Positions 61,451 to 64,000 of a DNA stretch of 64,000 nucleotides are shown in pieces; position 1 is the stretch's first letter; each line of letters starts with the position of its first letter. The notes under the pieces were generated by a model, which did not search any database, was not told the origin of the DNA, and was given only the letters and a program-made list of their open reading frames with translations. Origin of the DNA: Schizochytrium sp. TIO01 (lineage: Eukaryota > Protista > Bigyra: Labyrinthulomycetes); contig SMSO01000025.1 of NCBI GenBank assembly GCA_004764695.1, forward strand, positions 3,410,001 through 3,474,000. Direction: 5' to 3'. The translations under genes and the position numbers were made by a program.

Positions 61451-61901
61451 ATAGATCACCAAATTTCTCCGAAAGAGAGGTTTTCACCTTCTCTACATCT
61501 TCTTTACTCTTTGTTCAAACTCGATTATCTTTACTCTTCTTTTGCAATATTGCTTCTCATCATAGTAATGTTTACTCTCGATGTTGACAATGTTGACACC
61601 CTCCAGCGAAAGCTAAGTGGCTATGTAAATAAAAAGCAGCCCTCCGTGACTCAGCTTCGAGTAAAAGCTTTTTCAAAGCTTCTGCGGACTCCGGGGGTCT
61701 TTCACGGGAATCGGTGGGAGACACTTGTTTGATCGCTAACAACTTCACCTCCAAATCCTCCATATTTTATTCTACTTTTCAATTGAAAAAGATGATTAAT
61801 TTACTTTTAAATAAACAAGCTCTTGTTTACATTAAAACTAAATAAATAAATGATAGGATTTTACATCAATAATTTTTATTTGTCATAATATTGGTTTAAC
61901 C

Positions 61902-61932
<31 letters not shown>

Positions 61933-64000
61933 CAATGACAATGACAATGACAATTGAGGGTAGAACTATTTAAAGAGATCTAGGTAGGGACTCCTTATTT
62001 TCTATCTTTCTCGCGATTCTGACCCGAAGTCCTCAGAACCGATCACAGCCCAACGGTTGACGCACGCAGGCAGACAGAGTCCCAACGCTGGCTGTAAGAA
62101 ACAGCGACGCAGGGATTGCCAGGAATTGCCACAGAATCCCCGGAGCAGTTTGACTCCAGCGTTGGCATTGCTGAGAACTTCGTTTCTTCAGTCTGGAACT
62201 GGCGTCACCAGAATACATGAATGAAGATCTATCTATCTATCTATCTATCTATCTATGAAGCACTCTTAACGTGCGTGCATTGCAGCTCCGCTGGTTCCCA
62301 GCTTTACTTGAACACTTGAACTTGAACTTGCGCGGACTTGGTCGAACTCGCCTGCGTGCCTGCCTGCAGGCGTTGCCTTCCCGGCTATCGCCTCTCCGCG
62401 TCGTCGCTTGCCTCGAGCAGCGCCTGGTCGCCCCCGCTGGTTTTGAGCCGCTTCGAGGCCCTTGGCCACCTCGGTCTCCCATCAAGAAGCTGGCGACGAT
62501 GCGATGTCTCCGTAGCTGCGGCGGCCCAGCACAGCCCCGCGCCGGAGCAAACAAGCAAGCAGGCATGCTGAGGGAGAAGGCGGATCGCGAACCTCGACAC
62601 CGGCCGGCCGGCCTTGTCGAGCGAGGCGAATCGTTTGGTGGGTTCGTTTGACTATGGCCCACCGTCATCACCGAGATCTGAGGGCCTAGGAGGTCTTCGC
62701 AGGGACTCTTCTTCGCAGGAGACCCCGACGCACCTCCAGCTTCACAAGAAGAGGTAGGCACAGCTATGGCAGGCCGAAGGACGCCCAGGGCCCGACTCGT
62801 CGGAGCGTCCCAACAACGAGCGAGCGACGGGCTCTTCAACTGGCTGGGATGGCGCAAGTCGCATTCTCCTCGCTCCTCGCTCCTCCTCCTCTGCAACTTG
62901 TGCCACCGCGTTGAGCCACGCCAAGACCGACCGGCCGCGACTCTGGCGAAGCAGACCAAGCAGTTCGCACTTGGATTCCCAGAACATACATACATCCATC
63001 TTCATCGATCGCCGTCGCGACCAGTTGATTCTTCCGAAGAGACCCTTCTCTCGCTGAAGAAGATCCTGGAGAAGCGCTCGGCGTGGGCAGAGCAGAACAG
63101 AGCCCGCCTCGACAGCCAGCTCGCCATAGAGAGCAGCTGCCGCTATTATGCGCACATTACGCCGCTTCTCTCGGAATCGCGCGAGATTCTCACGCACGGC
63201 AAATGCAATAAATGGCCTACTGTGGATTGGGCGAAACCAGGTCAGAAACCGTACGTTGCGTTGTTGTCGTCTGCTGAAAACTTGCGGAGAGGAATCGAAG
63301 TGGAAACTAAGTGGCAGGCTCGGCATTGAGAAAAGGCCTGCGCGGCAGGACCGTTAGGTGCGGACGGAGGGCCCACGTCCGGGCGGCGTAGAAGTCAGGG
63401 TTCGGAGAAAAGACCAGCTCGCAGTCTGTGTCTCATTTGTAAGAGAGCACAGCAGCCGTGGCAGAATGAATTGCGAGTGTCTTTCAAAGTTAGATTTAAA
63501 GTTGAAAGACCTACCTCACGGAGAACGAAAGTGGCTTTCCAGCCAGGGCTTTGCAGGGCTGCTTCTGCTTGCTGTAGAATGTCTATCTACATAGTAGGTG
63601 GACGTACCTCTAGAACTAGCTAGCTAGCTAGAGTAATTATTCGTTTTAGTTGTTTTCTTGTAGTACTTAATTAGGAAGCTAGGTATTTATTTGTGAGTGG
63701 AGTAGTAGTTAGTAGTACAGACTTTCTCATCAGTGGAAGTAAAGGATCGCTTGCACTGTTCGTGTCTGCCTGAGAGTAGGTAGACTTTGAGGCTACAGGA
63801 AAATATCGTAATCTTCGAGAGCAATGAAGGAGGAGATTGGGAAAATAGAAGCACGATTACGCACCGACTCGAACTTGAGGAAGAGCACAGGTATTTTAGG
63901 GTGTTTAGGTACATTTTTAAAAAGGAATAACAATACTCTAGTACCTCAAGCAGCTTTTCCTTGAGTCATGGACGCGATCGACGCACCAGTCGGCTATTGA

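Overview
Eukaryotic nuclear DNA with intron-poor genes and many microsatellites; a thraustochytrid/labyrinthulomycete-like stramenopile is my inference, not established. The first 38.5 kb carries: the 3' end of an armadillo-repeat gene; a fibro-slime/PA14 + lectin-like single-pass membrane protein; four identical tRNA-Leu(CAA) genes; a 1078-aa divergent SF2/Z1-like ATPase; DDX23/PRP28; a homologue of the Dictyostelium 34-kDa Ca-regulated actin-bundling protein; MoaC; a SWC6-like/YL1-C chromatin-remodeller subunit; and a RimJ/RimL GNAT. The main hidden feature is absent from the ORF track: a decayed IS607-type transposon lying between tRNA copies 3 and 4. It comprises a serine-recombinase tnpA and a Fanzor2/TnpB RNA-guided nuclease pseudogene, followed by a hairpin-containing omegaRNA-like 3' region that ends at the fourth tRNA. 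The last ~25 kb has no recognisable gene and is dominated by simple repeats and decayed coding-like fragments.
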